Part shown: one piece after another, positions 1 through 12,440 of the stretch
Position numbering within the stretch: position 1 is the first letter of the stretch
How the letters are laid out: each line of letters begins with the position of its first letter
Assembly (NCBI GenBank): GCA_964401355.1
Contig: CAYNYJ010000004.1
Location: 2,359-66,358, forward strand
DNA length: 64,000 nt
Reading direction: 5' to 3'
Origin: an uncultured Ectothiorhodospiraceae bacterium
Lineage (GTDB): Bacteria > Pseudomonadota > Gammaproteobacteria > SZUA-152
The notes under the pieces: model-generated
Told to the model about the DNA's origin: nothing
Databases searched by the model: none
What the model saw: only the letters and a program-made list of their open reading frames with translations
Program-made: the position numbers and the translations under genes

Positions 1-1117
1 CGCCGCTAAAGTTCGCCTGGTTCAACAAACGTAACACCGGTGCGGGCAGCCCCCCGGTATCCGCGTTGCCTTTATACCAGACCCAATCCGGGCCTTCCAT
101 GACAGACATTGTGCGGGAATTATTATCCACACCATTCAATCCTGTCAGCGTCTCAATCACCACCGGGGTAATATCCAGATGAAAGTGACTGAAGGTGTGC
201 CGCATCACCGGCCAACGACGCTGTTCTTTAATGGCAAAACCCAGATTTTTTACGCACCACTGCGACACATTCTCCTCCACAGGCACTTCCGGCAAACTCA
301 GCAACCCTCCCCAAATGCCTGTGGGCGGACGACGCTGTAACAGCACTGCCTTGACTTCGTTAACCCCATTGGCCTTTTTGAATAACAACAGCATTTGCGT
401 TTCACGCACAGGAATCGTCTTCCTGGGTTTTTTGCCAGGATAATCACTCTGCCGCCCCGCGACATTGGCCATGCAGTTTTCCTGCAAAGGGCAAACCTCA
501 CACCGAGGACGCGAGCGCGAACAAATGCTCGCCCCCAAATCCATCATCGCCTGATTAAAATCAGCGACCCGTTGAACGGGGGTGAGTCGCTCGGAGTGCT
601 GCCATAAATTTTCTGCTACGGCCGTTTTGCCTGGCCAGCCGGGTTCGGCAAACACCCGAGCCAACACCCGTTTCACATTGCCATCGAGTATCGCGTGATG
701 CTGATTCAGCGCCAACGATAAAATCGCCCCGGCCGTGGAACGACCGATGCCCGGCAGAGCCAGCACCTCGTCAAAGCTCGCGGGAAATTCACCGCCGTGC
801 TGATCGCACACTGCCTGCGCCGCCTTATGCAAATTACGTGCGCGCGCGTAATAGCCCAGGCCAGCCCACAAACCCAGCACTGCGTCGAGCGGCGCCTCAG
901 CCAATGTCGCCACGCTGGGAAAGCGCAGCATAAAAGTCTCGAAATACGGAATCACGGTTGCAACCTGGGTCTGCTGCAACATGATTTCCGAGACCCACAC
1001 CCGATAGGGCGAGCGATCCTGCTGCCAGGGCAAGTGCTTGCGCCCATGCTCATCAAACCAATTCAACACCACTTGTGAAAACTGCGTGTCACTTTTTACT
1101 GACGTAATAGCGACCAC
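1..1117 (-). CDS. mutY: A/G-specific adenine glycosylase MutY (3' end runs off the window)
   Basis: Manual translation from GTG at 1117 gives ...[33 protein letters not shown]... and later an Fe-[13 protein letters not shown] motif. No stop before position 1, so it is absent from the ORF track. Confidence 0.95.
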   Translation of the reverse strand, partial: MVAITSVKSDTQFSQVVLNWFDEHGRKHLPWQQDRSPYRVWVSEIMLQQTQVATVIPYFETFMLRFPSVATLAEAPLDAVLGLWAGLGYYARARNLHKAAQAVCDQHGGEFPASFDEVLALPGIGRSTAGAILSLALNQHHAILDGNVKRVLARVFAEPGWPGKTAVAENLWQHSERLTPVQRVADFNQAMMDLGASICSRSRPRCEVCPLQENCMANVAGRQSDYPGKKPRKTIPVRETQMLLLFKKANGVNEVKAVLLQRRPPTGIWGGLLSLPEVPVEENVSQWCVKNLGFAIKEQRRWPVMRHTFSHFHLDITPVVIETLTGLNGVDNNSRTMSVMEGPDWVWYKGNADTGGLPAPVLRLLNQANFSG

Positions 1118-1119
1118 GA

Positions 1120-3264
1120 TTAAAACAATCCCTTTAATTTATTTTTCAATTTTTCTTTCAAGCGTTTTTTGGCTTTGGCCTTTTCTTCATCCAACCTTTG
1201 TTTAGCTTTCTCTTTCAATTTGGCTTTTTGTCGCTGCAATTCTTGTTTTGCTTTCTTCTTCAGTAGCGGCGCAAGATCCAATGAAAATTCTGGTTTTGCA
1301 AAAGTCCCGCTCACCTTGATGGGGATGGTCAATGACTTCAATTCCGCCAATTCCTTACCCGCCTGGCCTTGGTCGCTTTCCACAATGGCCGCATTGATCC
1401 GGTAGTCAATCCGTTCCCGCGGCAAATCGACCCTGCCCTTGCCCGAGAGGCGCAACAGCGGTGATTTGACGCGCAAGTCATCATTGTTCACAACGCCATT
1501 AACAATATTCACGCTGCCGGTCATTTCTGCAAAATCGGTTTGATTATCCTGCTTCGGCGGCTTGGGCTGCTGGTTAATTTTCGCGTAGGCCTCGCGAATC
1601 AGCTGACCAAGATTCACGCCCTTGACCGCGCCATCCTTAAACTGGAACTGGGCCGTGCCGTTCAAGGTCTTTTTAATCGCATCCACTGCCAGCCCCTGTG
1701 CGCGGAGCTTTGCCTGCACGGAAACTACGCCCGATACCGTGTCCTCACCCAGCACATCCTGCAACAACGGCTCCACGTTCACCGCTTGCAGCGATCCATT
1801 CACCACAATACGCGGCACATCCTTGCGAACATCCACACTAATATCACCTTCGAACTGCCCGCCGTATAAACGGGCTTTCAGTGGCTGCAAGCGGAGCTGT
1901 CCAGCTTTGGCGTTTATCGTCAATTGAATATCGCTGACTCGGGCATTGGCCAGTTTGAGCGTGCCCACCTTGATGCCACCTTCTACCTTCAGCTCGCGCA
2001 ACAGCTCTAACGGTAATGGTATGGCGACAGTGGCATCATCCGTTGCTCCAGGTTTCGGTGACTTTACCAGGAGCGCGGGCGGCAGATAGCGATCGGCGTT
2101 GATGCCATCCAGTTTTAGCTCAAACTGCAACGCCGGCTGCGCAAAATTCTGCACATTTATTTTTCCCTGCAAGCGCGAATCATCCAGCATCACATCAAGA
2201 TTATTCACAGAGAGCGCCTCAATCGAGCCACTAAAGTCCATCGTCAGACTGGCTTTGGTCAACACCTTGGCATCCGCGGTCTTTGGCAGAACGATGCCGA
2301 GTCGTGTTGCCAGATCACGCGGCGAAAACGCGGCCACCGAAAGTTCACCCGTGACCTGGGGCGACGACAATATCTGTTGCAGATTTAACGTGACCTTGGT
2401 CGCCAGCCCCAGCGCCTGCACGTGCAGTCCGGAAATGCTCACCCGCTGTTGCGCCAGCTCGGCATCCACGCTCGCGCTGATGCGCACATCCAGTGGCGAC
2501 ACGGGCAACAGATCACTGCGCAGGCTCACAGACATAACCAGGTCGTCCAGGCGATAACGCTGCGCGTCCACGTCCAGCGTCAACCGGCCACCCAACTCAA
2601 TGGGCATGCTCAACGCCGGAGCAGACAAGCTAAGTTGAGTCGATAGCTGGAAATCGATCGGCTCGCGCAGTGCGATGGGGCCGGTGCGCAGATTCAGGTT
2701 TTCGATCACGACGCGCTGCCCCGCCTGTTGGTCATCCCAGCGAATCTGGGCATCTTCGATATTCACCCCGCCAATCGCCACCGCCGCCAGCGGTGTTGCC
2801 GGGCTGGCAGGCTGCGGTTCATCCGCTGTGGTTTCAGACTGGCTGGACGCAGACGGCGCCAACAGGTCATCCCAATTGCTGCGGCCATCGGCAATCCGGC
2901 TCAAGTTCACGCGCAACCCCCGCAGCTGCACCGTCTTCATCTCGATGCGTTGCTTCAGCAGCAGCGGCAACAGCTTGAATTTAATCTCCACCGATTCGAC
3001 ACGCGCAAACACCGCTTCTTCAAAACCGGCGGCGTTGCTCAGCTGGGCCGCACCCAGACTCAGCCCCAACCAGGGAAACACCGACAATTCGATATCACCC
3101 TGTAGCTCAAGCTCACGTCCGGTAGCCTCTTGCACGGCCTGGGTGATGTCATCCTTGAAGTCGTTGGGATCAACAAACAAGACCACCGCCAGCGTAATCA
3201 CAATGAACAAAGTCGCCACCGTACCCAGCGCCCAACCCGTAATCCGCCATACTTTGCTTGCCAT
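1120..3264 (-). CDS. asmA: AsmA family protein
   Basis: N-terminal TM plus DPNDFK...[11 protein letters not shown]...FPWLGL; C-terminal DGAVKGVNL and PIKVSGT. asmA-mutY adjacency is conserved. Start placed at MASK (3264); the ORF is open to 3282. Confidence 0.9.
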   Translation of the reverse strand: MASKVWRITGWALGTVATLFIVITLAVVLFVDPNDFKDDITQAVQEATGRELELQGDIELSVFPWLGLSLGAAQLSNAAGFEEAVFARVESVEIKFKLLPLLLKQRIEMKTVQLRGLRVNLSRIADGRSNWDDLLAPSASSQSETTADEPQPASPATPLAAVAIGGVNIEDAQIRWDDQQAGQRVVIENLNLRTGPIALREPIDFQLSTQLSLSAPALSMPIELGGRLTLDVDAQRYRLDDLVMSVSLRSDLLPVSPLDVRISASVDAELAQQRVSISGLHVQALGLATKVTLNLQQILSSPQVTGELSVAAFSPRDLATRLGIVLPKTADAKVLTKASLTMDFSGSIEALSVNNLDVMLDDSRLQGKINVQNFAQPALQFELKLDGINADRYLPPALLVKSPKPGATDDATVAIPLPLELLRELKVEGGIKVGTLKLANARVSDIQLTINAKAGQLRLQPLKARLYGGQFEGDISVDVRKDVPRIVVNGSLQAVNVEPLLQDVLGEDTVSGVVSVQAKLRAQGLAVDAIKKTLNGTAQFQFKDGAVKGVNLGQLIREAYAKINQQPKPPKQDNQTDFAEMTGSVNIVNGVVNNDDLRVKSPLLRLSGKGRVDLPRERIDYRINAAIVESDQGQAGKELAELKSLTIPIKVSGTFAKPEFSLDLAPLLKKKAKQELQRQKAKLKEKAKQRLDEEKAKAKKRLKEKLKNKLKGLF

Positions 3265-3507
3265 TGCCGTCGGTTCCCGCATTGTTAAAACTGCTCGCCC
3301 TGTGTCTTGCCCACACCGTAGCCCATACCCCTAAACCGCTCAAGCGCGCGCCGAACGCCGACTTCGCCAAGCGCAGACCTGCCAACACGCCGATGAATCG
3401 CAAAAGGTATTTAAGGGAACTTAATATGGGTATTGATTTCATCCGGCAGCAAAGTCAGAATCCTCCGTACGGAATCAACAATGCCACTCACGCTTTAAGC
3501 GCACACC

Positions 3508-3888
3508 ATGCCAACTATCAAACACCTTAACGTCACCCTCAAAGATAACCATGACAATGTCACGAACGGACAACTGCAAACCACGCAGTTTAATCACAAG
3601 GAATGTATCAAGCGGGGGCTGCTGAAACTCGGGATGTTTTGGTTGTTGGCAATCGGCTCGGTGCCCATTATCATTGCGCACTGGGTGCTGGTGCCAGGTT
3701 TTCTTATTGCCGGGCCGTGGATGGGCTATCGCACCTATAAAATGACATACCGGCACGATCACATCACGGGTGACTGCCCGGCCTGTCAGGCCAATGTGGA
3801 AATCAAAACTGAAGCACAACAAACTCTGCCTAAGTGGACCTATTGCCCCGACTGTAATGCGCCACTGCAGATCACCCAATCCAACTAA
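3508..3888 (+). CDS. Hypothetical membrane protein with C-terminal zinc ribbon
   Basis: 126-aa ORF with two hydrophobic helices followed by CPACQ...CPDCN. Confidence 0.7.
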   Translation: MPTIKHLNVTLKDNHDNVTNGQLQTTQFNHKECIKRGLLKLGMFWLLAIGSVPIIIAHWVLVPGFLIAGPWMGYRTYKMTYRHDHITGDCPACQANVEIKTEAQQTLPKWTYCPDCNAPLQITQSN

Positions 3889-3919
3889 ATTCACCCATCA
3901 CTGCGATTTACTATTAGCC

Positions 3920-4018
3920 ATGCGCCCTATTATTGCCTTACTCGTCGTCACCATTATGATCGTCTCGGCCCTCACCGCCGTCGGCTTGCTGATATATCAG
4001 ACGGGCGTGTTTGATTAG
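3920..4018 (+). CDS. Putative 32-aa single-pass membrane peptide
   Basis: ATG at 3920: [32 protein letters not shown]. One strong TM helix; weak RBS. Confidence 0.4.
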   Translation: MRPIIALLVVTIMIVSALTAVGLLIYQTGVFD

Positions 4019-4692
4019 CCGCTGCGCGGAGTGACGAGGGACGAGTCGCCAGATACTCGTTGCTGCAATGCGCCCAACAATCCCGCCAGAGCCTGACCGC
4101 GATGACTAATCCGGTTCTTCAGCTCCGGCGCCAATTCCGCTGACGCGCACTGCTCGCTGGGCACCCAAAATATCGGGTCATAACCGAAGCCGTTGTCGCC
4201 CTGCGGCGCAAACAGAATACGGCCTTCCCAGCGACCCTGGCAGATCAGTGGCGTTGGGTCTTCGGCGTGGCGCATAAACACCATCAGGCATTGAAAGCGG
4301 GCGGTGCGCTCGGCTTCCGGTACATCCTGCAAGTTCTGCAACAGCTTTTGCAAATTATCGCTGTCCGAGGCGCCGGGCCCCGCATAGCGGGCGGAATAGA
4401 TGCCAGGTGCGCCCTGGAGCGCATCCACTTCCAGCCCGGAATCATCAGCAATCGCGGGCAAGCCGGTGAGCTGCGCCACGTGGCGCGCCTTGAGAATGGC
4501 ATTTTCGACAAAACTGAGGCCGGTCTCGTCGGCATCGGGCACGTTAAAATCAGACTGTGGCAGGGCCGCCATGCCCAATCCGCCGATGATGTGATTGATC
4601 TCGCGCAGCTTGCCTTTATTACTGCTGGCGAGCACCACTTCCCTTGGCAAAAAGTTGGGCAAAGAGTTCGTCAAAGCGCGCGTCTTGCTCAC
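4015..4692 (-). CDS. rdgB: dITP/XTP pyrophosphatase (HAM1 family)
   Basis: [31 protein letters not shown] and SHRG motifs. Confidence 0.95.
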   Translation of the reverse strand: MSKTRALTNSLPNFLPREVVLASSNKGKLREINHIIGGLGMAALPQSDFNVPDADETGLSFVENAILKARHVAQLTGLPAIADDSGLEVDALQGAPGIYSARYAGPGASDSDNLQKLLQNLQDVPEAERTARFQCLMVFMRHAEDPTPLICQGRWEGRILFAPQGDNGFGYDPIFWVPSEQCASAELAPELKNRISHRGQALAGLLGALQQRVSGDSSLVTPRSG

Positions 4693-5405
4693 GTCGATAG
4701 CACTTCTTTCTGGTGATCTATCAACTCCGCGATACCGAATTTGGCCAGACTCAGCATCGCGCCCAGCTCGTCCTGACGGAAGGCATGGCCCTCGGCAGTA
4801 CCCTGTATTTCGATAAAAGCACTGGCGTCGTTCATTACCACATTCATGTCAGTTTCGGCGTTAGAATCCTCGTCGTAATCCAGATCCAGCACCGCCATCC
4901 CGTTGTAAATACCCACGGAAACCGAGGCCACCTGGCCAATGATGGGATTTTTTTTGATTTTGCCGGTGGCCACCAGATGCTGCATGGCATCGGTCAGGGC
5001 CACAAAACCGCCGGTAATGGCAGCGGTACGAGTACCGCCATCGGCCTGGATCACGTCGCAATCGACAATCACGTTGCGCTCGCCCAGGGCCTCCAGATTC
5101 ACCACCGCACGCAATGAGCGGGCAATCAGGCGCTGGATTTCCATGGTGCGCCCCCCCTGTTTTCCGCGCGCCGCCTCGCGGCCCATACGACTGCCGGTGG
5201 AGCGAGGCAACATGCCGTATTCGGCAGTCACCCAGCCCTGGCCCTTGCCTTTCAGCCAACGGGGAATACGCTCTTCGACACTGGCGGTGCACAGCACCTT
5301 GGTGTCGCCAAACTCCACCAGCACCGAACCCTCGGCGTGTTTGGTGTAGTTGCGGGTAAATTTGATGGGGCGAAGCTGGTCGGGGGCACGTCCACTGGGG
5401 CGCAT
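4689..5405 (-). CDS. rph: Ribonuclease PH
   Basis: [13 protein letters not shown] start; [17 protein letters not shown] and [13 protein letters not shown]. Confidence 0.97.
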   Translation of the reverse strand: MRPSGRAPDQLRPIKFTRNYTKHAEGSVLVEFGDTKVLCTASVEERIPRWLKGKGQGWVTAEYGMLPRSTGSRMGREAARGKQGGRTMEIQRLIARSLRAVVNLEALGERNVIVDCDVIQADGGTRTAAITGGFVALTDAMQHLVATGKIKKNPIIGQVASVSVGIYNGMAVLDLDYDEDSNAETDMNVVMNDASAFIEIQGTAEGHAFRQDELGAMLSLAKFGIAELIDHQKEVLST

Positions 5406-5648
5406 AGAAAATCCTCTGGCTGAAATACAATGGGCGCGCATTATACCCCCCTCGGAGGGGCTTACGACAGGCCAATTCGACTGAAAAGAGCTAGACTCAT
5501 CGGACAATATCTGGTCTAATGCGCCGTTCTCGCGACCGGGCAGCTGTCCGTATGACTGCGATATTGTGGATACTGCGTAAAGTTAAGATTAATCTTAATC
5601 GCACTAAAAGTATTCGTACGAATTTTAAGAATTTTCTGGAGATCGATC

Positions 5649-5915
5649 ATGGCCAAAGTCTGTCAGGTGACCGGCAAACGCCCCGTCGCGGGCAATAACG
5701 TATCACACGCGCATAACAAAACGCGTCGTCGTTTCCTGCCCAACCTTCACTCCCACCGCTTTTGGGTGGAAAGTGAAAACCGCTTTATTAGGTTGCGTGT
5801 TACCGCCAAAGGCATGCGCATTATTGATAAAAAGGGCATCGATACCGTGTTGGCTGAAATGCGCAACCGCGGCGAAAAAGGCCTGGGAAAACCCCCTCAG
5901 CAGCCCTCTGTTTAA
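5649..5915 (+). CDS. rpmB: 50S ribosomal protein L28
   Basis: [33 protein letters not shown]. Confidence 0.98.
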   Translation: MAKVCQVTGKRPVAGNNVSHAHNKTRRRFLPNLHSHRFWVESENRFIRLRVTAKGMRIIDKKGIDTVLAEMRNRGEKGLGKPPQQPSV

Positions 5916-5933
5916 GAGCTAGGAGAAAAAGAC

Positions 5934-6089
5934 ATGCGCGATAAAATCAGACTCGTTTCCAGCGCCGGTACCGGTCACTTTTACACCACTGACAAAAACA
6001 AGCGCACCATGCCCGAAAAAATGGAGATCAAAAAGTTTGATCCCGTGGTTCGCAAGCACGTGATGTACAAGGAAGCCAAGATCAAGTAA
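5934..6089 (+). CDS. rpmG: 50S ribosomal protein L33
   Basis: Manual translation [51 protein letters not shown], with AGGAG RBS. Too short for the ORF track. Confidence 0.97.
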   Translation: MRDKIRLVSSAGTGHFYTTDKNKRTMPEKMEIKKFDPVVRKHVMYKEAKIK

Positions 6090-6117
6090 ACCGATCCCGC
6101 TGTCTTGTTTGTTAATC

Positions 6118-6146
6118 AAAAAAGCCCGGAACTCCCGGGCTTTTTT
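6118..6146 (+). terminator. Rho-independent terminator of rpmBG
   Basis: AAAAAAGCCCGG-loop-CCGGGCTTTTTT. Confidence 0.85.
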
Positions 6147-6306
6147 GTGCTCTATAGCGCCACACACTATCACCATAGACAAGTGGCGTATAATGCGCGA
6201 AACCCGGGAACACGAGGAACTTTTCGTTATACCGTCACCATCGATAAACCAACACACTATTTACAACAACCGTTATCACTAGCACAACCACACAAAGGAG
6301 CACCCT

Positions 6307-6894
6307 GTGTCCGTACGCATCCTAACTACGGCTTTACTAATCTTCGTCGCTAGCCTCTTGATTAGCGGCACCGTTAGCGCCCAGCGCATCGATCTCACGC
6401 TAAAGAATGACAGCGCCCGTTTTTCCTACATCAGTCTGATTGGTGGCTCTACTTTTGGTCGCACCGAAATGAACACCGGTTTCCTCTACAATGAAGAGGA
6501 CAACATGGCGCTCGACATTGGTCTGCAAGTTATCGATGTCGCTGGCAGCAAAACCCCGGGGCTGGAACTGGGGGTGGGCCCACGGTTTTATTATCTGAAA
6601 CACGACGCCTCAAATTCTAAGGCCGCCGCCATCACTGTAGGTGGCCAACTGCGTTACAAGCTGCCCAACGTGCCGCGCCTGGCCTTGATGGGAAGCCTCT
6701 TTTACGCCCCCAGCATTACCTCAACCCTGGACGCAGACAGCATGTACGAACTCGGCATGGGCGTAGGCTATGAATTATTGCCCACTGCCAATATCTATCT
6801 GACTTACCGCCGGATTCGGGCCGATTTCACCAAGGGCGTGGGCGCGAAAAATATCGACAGTGGCGTGTCACTGGGCATGAATTTCACCTTTTAG
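6307..6894 (+). CDS. YfaZ-like outer membrane beta-barrel protein
   Basis: Signal peptide, alternating beta-strand pattern, YAPSITS motif, C-terminal Phe. Confidence 0.7.
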   Translation: MSVRILTTALLIFVASLLISGTVSAQRIDLTLKNDSARFSYISLIGGSTFGRTEMNTGFLYNEEDNMALDIGLQVIDVAGSKTPGLELGVGPRFYYLKHDASNSKAAAITVGGQLRYKLPNVPRLALMGSLFYAPSITSTLDADSMYELGMGVGYELLPTANIYLTYRRIRADFTKGVGAKNIDSGVSLGMNFTF

Positions 6895-6919
6895 ACCATC
6901 AACCAAAAAGCGGGCTCCT

Positions 6920-6953
6920 GTCAGACTTAGGCGCAACTGATCCCAAGTCTGAC
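6920..6953. terminator. Hairpin between convergent genes
   Basis: GTCAGACTT...AAGTCTGAC inverted repeat between the YfaZ-like gene and comF stops; no U tract. Confidence 0.4.
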
Positions 6954-6959
6954 GGCCGG

Positions 6960-7679
6960 CTAGGCCCGCGCACAAACCCACACATCCACTCGTTTCGCCC
7001 CGGCCCGCAACAGAGTTTTCGCCAGCTCGTCAGCAGTGCTGCCGGTGGTCATCACGTCATCGATAATCACCACATGACCACTCATGGGCTGCACAACCTC
7101 GAATGCACCGCGGACATTTTCCAGCCGTTGCTTGCGTGACAAATCGGACTGCGGCGGGGTCGCTAAAACACGGCGGACATTGCCCAGATTCAGCGACACA
7201 CCAAACCGCCGGGCAATTGGTCGCGCCAGCTCTGCGGCCTGATTAAAGCCCCGTTCGCGCAGCCGAACGGCATGCAAAGGCACGGGGATCAATTGATCCG
7301 GCGGCACCTCCACCACCGCAGCCAACCAATCCGCCATCAATTCACCCAGCAGGCGCGCCTGCGTCAAGCGACCGTTAAATTTAAGCCCCTGCAACAGATG
7401 ATCCAACGGAGCCCGATAAAAAAAGGGCGACAGGCACAATTCGAAAGCTGGCGGTTGTGTCTGGCATCGGCCACACAGGGCTTCGACGCCCGTGGCGTGT
7501 AACGGCAGGGCACAGCGAGCGCACTGAGACTCGGCCCACGGCAGCGACTGCCGACAGGCAAAACACAGATCGCTAAGCCTCGCGGCATGTCGAATACCGA
7601 CATCCCCGCATAACAGGCACACCGGAGGCAGCCAGGTCGCTGCCAATCGAAATTGAGCATTTTTCATCCATTGGTTCAC
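6960..7679 (-). CDS. comF: ComF/GntX family phosphoribosyltransferase-like competence protein
   Basis: N-terminal CxxC pairs, RGFNQA, VIIDDVMTTGST; divergent from bioB as usual. Confidence 0.92.
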   Translation of the reverse strand: MNQWMKNAQFRLAATWLPPVCLLCGDVGIRHAARLSDLCFACRQSLPWAESQCARCALPLHATGVEALCGRCQTQPPAFELCLSPFFYRAPLDHLLQGLKFNGRLTQARLLGELMADWLAAVVEVPPDQLIPVPLHAVRLRERGFNQAAELARPIARRFGVSLNLGNVRRVLATPPQSDLSRKQRLENVRGAFEVVQPMSGHVVIIDDVMTTGSTADELAKTLLRAGAKRVDVWVCARA

Positions 7680-7803
7680 TCTTCACCACTCCCTGGTTGA
7701 CAGTCAACGCCCAGCCACTAAAATGCTAGTTCGGCCCATTCAGCCACAAACTACGCCAGCCACCGTCGCTAGGCAATCACCCAACCACCGCAGAGAAAAC
7801 GCC

Positions 7804-8841
7804 ATGGACAACGCCACTTATCAACGTATCGACGAACTCACCCAACGGGTACTCGGCAACGACGGCGAAATCAGCACCGCTGAAGGCCAGTGGCTCATCG
7901 GCCTGCACCACGATTATCTGCCCTGGTTGATGGCCGGTGCCGACCGTATCCGCAAGGCCAACCGTGGTAATGAAATCGAAGTCTGCGCCATTTCCAACGT
8001 GCGCTCGGGCAACTGCTCGGAAAACTGTTCCTTCTGCTCCCAAAGCGGCCACCACAAAGGCACCACCGCGCCAGTTTACAATTACATTGAAAGTGAAGAT
8101 TTGGTCGCGCAAGCAAAACGCGCCCGTGAATGGGGGGCCAGCGATTTTGGCGTGGTTTCGAAAGGCTGGGGCCTGCGTTCGGACAAAGAACGCAAACAAT
8201 TAAGCGAATATTTCTCCGCCATGGACGAAAATTCCGACATCGGCCGCTGTGCCAGCCTTGGTGTGTTGACTGCAGAAAGCGCCCGTGAACTCAAGGCCAT
8301 GGGCCTGGAAAACTACCATCACAACCTGGAGTCCGCCGAGAGCTTTTTCGATAACGTCTGCACCTCGCACACTTTTCAGGAAAATATCGACACCATTCGC
8401 CACGCCCACGAGGCCGGACTGCGGGTCTGTGCCGGTGGCATCCTCGGCATGGGCGAGAGCCTCGAACAGCGCATCGAACTGGCCATACAGCTACGCGAGA
8501 TAGGCGTGAAATCCGTACCGCTGAATTTCCTCAACCCACAACAAGGCACACCGATGGCGGATCGCAAGCCCATGGGCGGCTTTGAGATATTGCAAAGCAT
8601 CGCGGTATTCCGTTACCTGCTACCCCAGGCCGAAATCCGCATTGCCGGTGGCCGCCACTTCCTCGGCGACATGCAGTCGATGATCTTCATGGCCGGCGCT
8701 TCAGGCGTAATGATCGGCGACTACCTCACCACCAGCGGCCGCAGTGTGGATGACGACCTGAAAATGATTCGTGATCTCAAGTTGAACATACGCGGCGATA
8801 CCCAACAGCGCCGCAATGCCCAACAAACCGTCGATGCCTGA
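7804..8841 (+). CDS. bioB: Biotin synthase (Type II-like ligand pattern)
   Basis: Radical SAM motif CSENCSFCSQS, YHHNLES, SVPLNFLNP, IRIAGGR, GDYLTT; first gene of the bio operon. Confidence 0.95.
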   Translation: MDNATYQRIDELTQRVLGNDGEISTAEGQWLIGLHHDYLPWLMAGADRIRKANRGNEIEVCAISNVRSGNCSENCSFCSQSGHHKGTTAPVYNYIESEDLVAQAKRAREWGASDFGVVSKGWGLRSDKERKQLSEYFSAMDENSDIGRCASLGVLTAESARELKAMGLENYHHNLESAESFFDNVCTSHTFQENIDTIRHAHEAGLRVCAGGILGMGESLEQRIELAIQLREIGVKSVPLNFLNPQQGTPMADRKPMGGFEILQSIAVFRYLLPQAEIRIAGGRHFLGDMQSMIFMAGASGVMIGDYLTTSGRSVDDDLKMIRDLKLNIRGDTQQRRNAQQTVDA

Positions 8842-8869
8842 TTCACAGCTCCCGCAATAGCGCGAATCA

Positions 8870-10051
8870 ATGGACGAAGTTCTCAAGCCGGTACTCGCAG
8901 AACGTCAAGCGCAATCCCTATATCGTCGCCGTCACGTCATCGACGGACCGCAAGCCTGCAACTTGAAGTTAGATGGCCGCGACGTTATCAATTTTTGCAG
9001 CAACGACTATCTCGGCCTCGCCAATCATCCACAGGTCATTTCCGCCTTAAAAAAAGGCGCGGATGAATACGGGGTGGGTGCGGGTGCCTCTCATTTAATC
9101 AACGGTCACAGTCGCGCCCATCACGCCCTGGAAGAAGAACTCGCCGATTTTGTAAACCGCCCGCGCGCCTTACTTTTTTCCAGCGGCTATATGGCCAACC
9201 TCGGCGTCATCACCAGCTTGGTGGGCAAGGGTGATGCAATTTTGGAAGACCGCATCAATCATGCCTCGCTAATCGATGCCGGACTGTTATCAGGCGCACG
9301 CCTGCAACGTTACCGACATGCCGATTGTGATTCACTTGTCACACACCTGAAAAAAATCACCTCAAAAAATAACAACGGCCGCCGCTTGATCGCCACCGAT
9401 GGCGTGTTCAGCATGGATGGCGATCTTGCGCCACTGCCCGCATTGGCGGAAACCGCGGCACAGCACGACGCCTGGCTGATGGTCGATGATGCGCACGGGC
9501 TGGGGATTATCGGCAAGCAGGGTCGCGGTAGCGTCGATCATTTTGATCTCAACAACGAACACGTGCCGATACTCATGGGCACTCTCGGCAAAGCCTTTGG
9601 TACCTTCGGGGCGTTTGTTGCGGGCAGTGAGGCCTTGATCGAAACCCTGATTCAACAAGCCCGCAGTTATATTTACACCACCGCACTACCCCCGGCGGTC
9701 GCCGAGGCAACTCGTGCCAGCCTTACGCTATTACGCGCAGCGGATGACCGACGTGAAAAACTTGTTGCGCTGATTACACAGTTTCGTCACGGTGCCAAAC
9801 AGTTAGGTTTAACACTATTGGAATCACCCACACCGATACAACCATTAATAGTCTGCGATTCAAAACAGGCAATGACACTGAGTAATGATCTGCTTGCGAA
9901 ACATCAAATCATGGTCAGTGCCATTCGCCCACCCACGGTGCCCGATGGCAGCGTCCGACTGCGCATCACTCTCTGTGCGAATCACAACGAGACGCAAATT
10001 GACCAATTACTTTCTGCATTGGATGCCAGCACGCAGAAAATGGCACCATGA
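8870..10051 (+). CDS. bioF: 8-amino-7-oxononanoate synthase
   Basis: [41 protein letters not shown]. Confidence 0.96.
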   Translation: MDEVLKPVLAERQAQSLYRRRHVIDGPQACNLKLDGRDVINFCSNDYLGLANHPQVISALKKGADEYGVGAGASHLINGHSRAHHALEEELADFVNRPRALLFSSGYMANLGVITSLVGKGDAILEDRINHASLIDAGLLSGARLQRYRHADCDSLVTHLKKITSKNNNGRRLIATDGVFSMDGDLAPLPALAETAAQHDAWLMVDDAHGLGIIGKQGRGSVDHFDLNNEHVPILMGTLGKAFGTFGAFVAGSEALIETLIQQARSYIYTTALPPAVAEATRASLTLLRAADDRREKLVALITQFRHGAKQLGLTLLESPTPIQPLIVCDSKQAMTLSNDLLAKHQIMVSAIRPPTVPDGSVRLRITLCANHNETQIDQLLSALDASTQKMAP

Positions 10052-10818
10052 ATCTCTTCACACAAACCATCGGCAGCGGCCCCGATCTTGTGTTGCTGCA
10101 CGGCTGGGGCATGAATGGCGATGTATGGGAAGGCATCTTGCCGGCCTTGTCAAAACGCTATCGCACCACCATTGTTGACCTACCCGGTTATGGCCGCAGC
10201 CTGGGTTGCCCCACGGATTACACGCTACCCCGTTTGGCAGCGATATTATCTGAAGTTTTGCCACAACAAATAACACTCATCGGCTGGTCACTGGGCGGCA
10301 TGCTCGCTACCCAATTGGCGTTAGACCGATCACAACAAGTGAACAAGCTAGTACTGGTCGCCAGCGGCCCGCAATTTGTGCGCGACCACAGCTGGCCCGA
10401 TGGCCCCGATATCGAGGTGCTTGATGGATTCGCTGATGGATTAAAACAAAGTTACCAAAAAACCATCAAGCGTTTCATTGCCATTCAGGCCATGGGCAGT
10501 GACCACGCGCGCGAGGAACAACGCACACTGCGGGAACGGGTATCTCGTCACGGCAATCCGCAGCTGGCAGCACTGGAGGGCGGACTGGAAATCCTACGGA
10601 CGGCCAATCTGCGACCACGCATTACCGAAATTCAACATCCCAGCCTGTTGATCAGTGGCGAACATGATGCCTTGTTTCGCCCCGCGGCCGCACATAAAAC
10701 ACTGGCCTTATTTCACGATGCCCGCTTGTCGATAATACCTGGGGCGGGACATGCGCCGTTTTTGTCTCACCCCGATATCTTTCTTGATAAGCTGCTGGCA
10801 TTTTTACCCTCTTCATAA
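10048..10818 (+). CDS. bioH: Pimeloyl-ACP methyl ester esterase
   Basis: [14 protein letters not shown] nucleophile elbow, HAPFLSHP. Confidence 0.94.
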   Translation: MNLFTQTIGSGPDLVLLHGWGMNGDVWEGILPALSKRYRTTIVDLPGYGRSLGCPTDYTLPRLAAILSEVLPQQITLIGWSLGGMLATQLALDRSQQVNKLVLVASGPQFVRDHSWPDGPDIEVLDGFADGLKQSYQKTIKRFIAIQAMGSDHAREEQRTLRERVSRHGNPQLAALEGGLEILRTANLRPRITEIQHPSLLISGEHDALFRPAAAHKTLALFHDARLSIIPGAGHAPFLSHPDIFLDKLLAFLPSS

Positions 10819-10838
10819 TCACTGATAAAAATTTATTT

Positions 10839-12433
<1,595 letters not shown>

Positions 12434-12440
12434 CTTTTAT

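Noticed and set aside
3170-3530. 90-aa ORFs on either strand upstream of asmA
   Set aside because: They overlap the asmA start or the next gene and show no recognisable motif or clear RBS.
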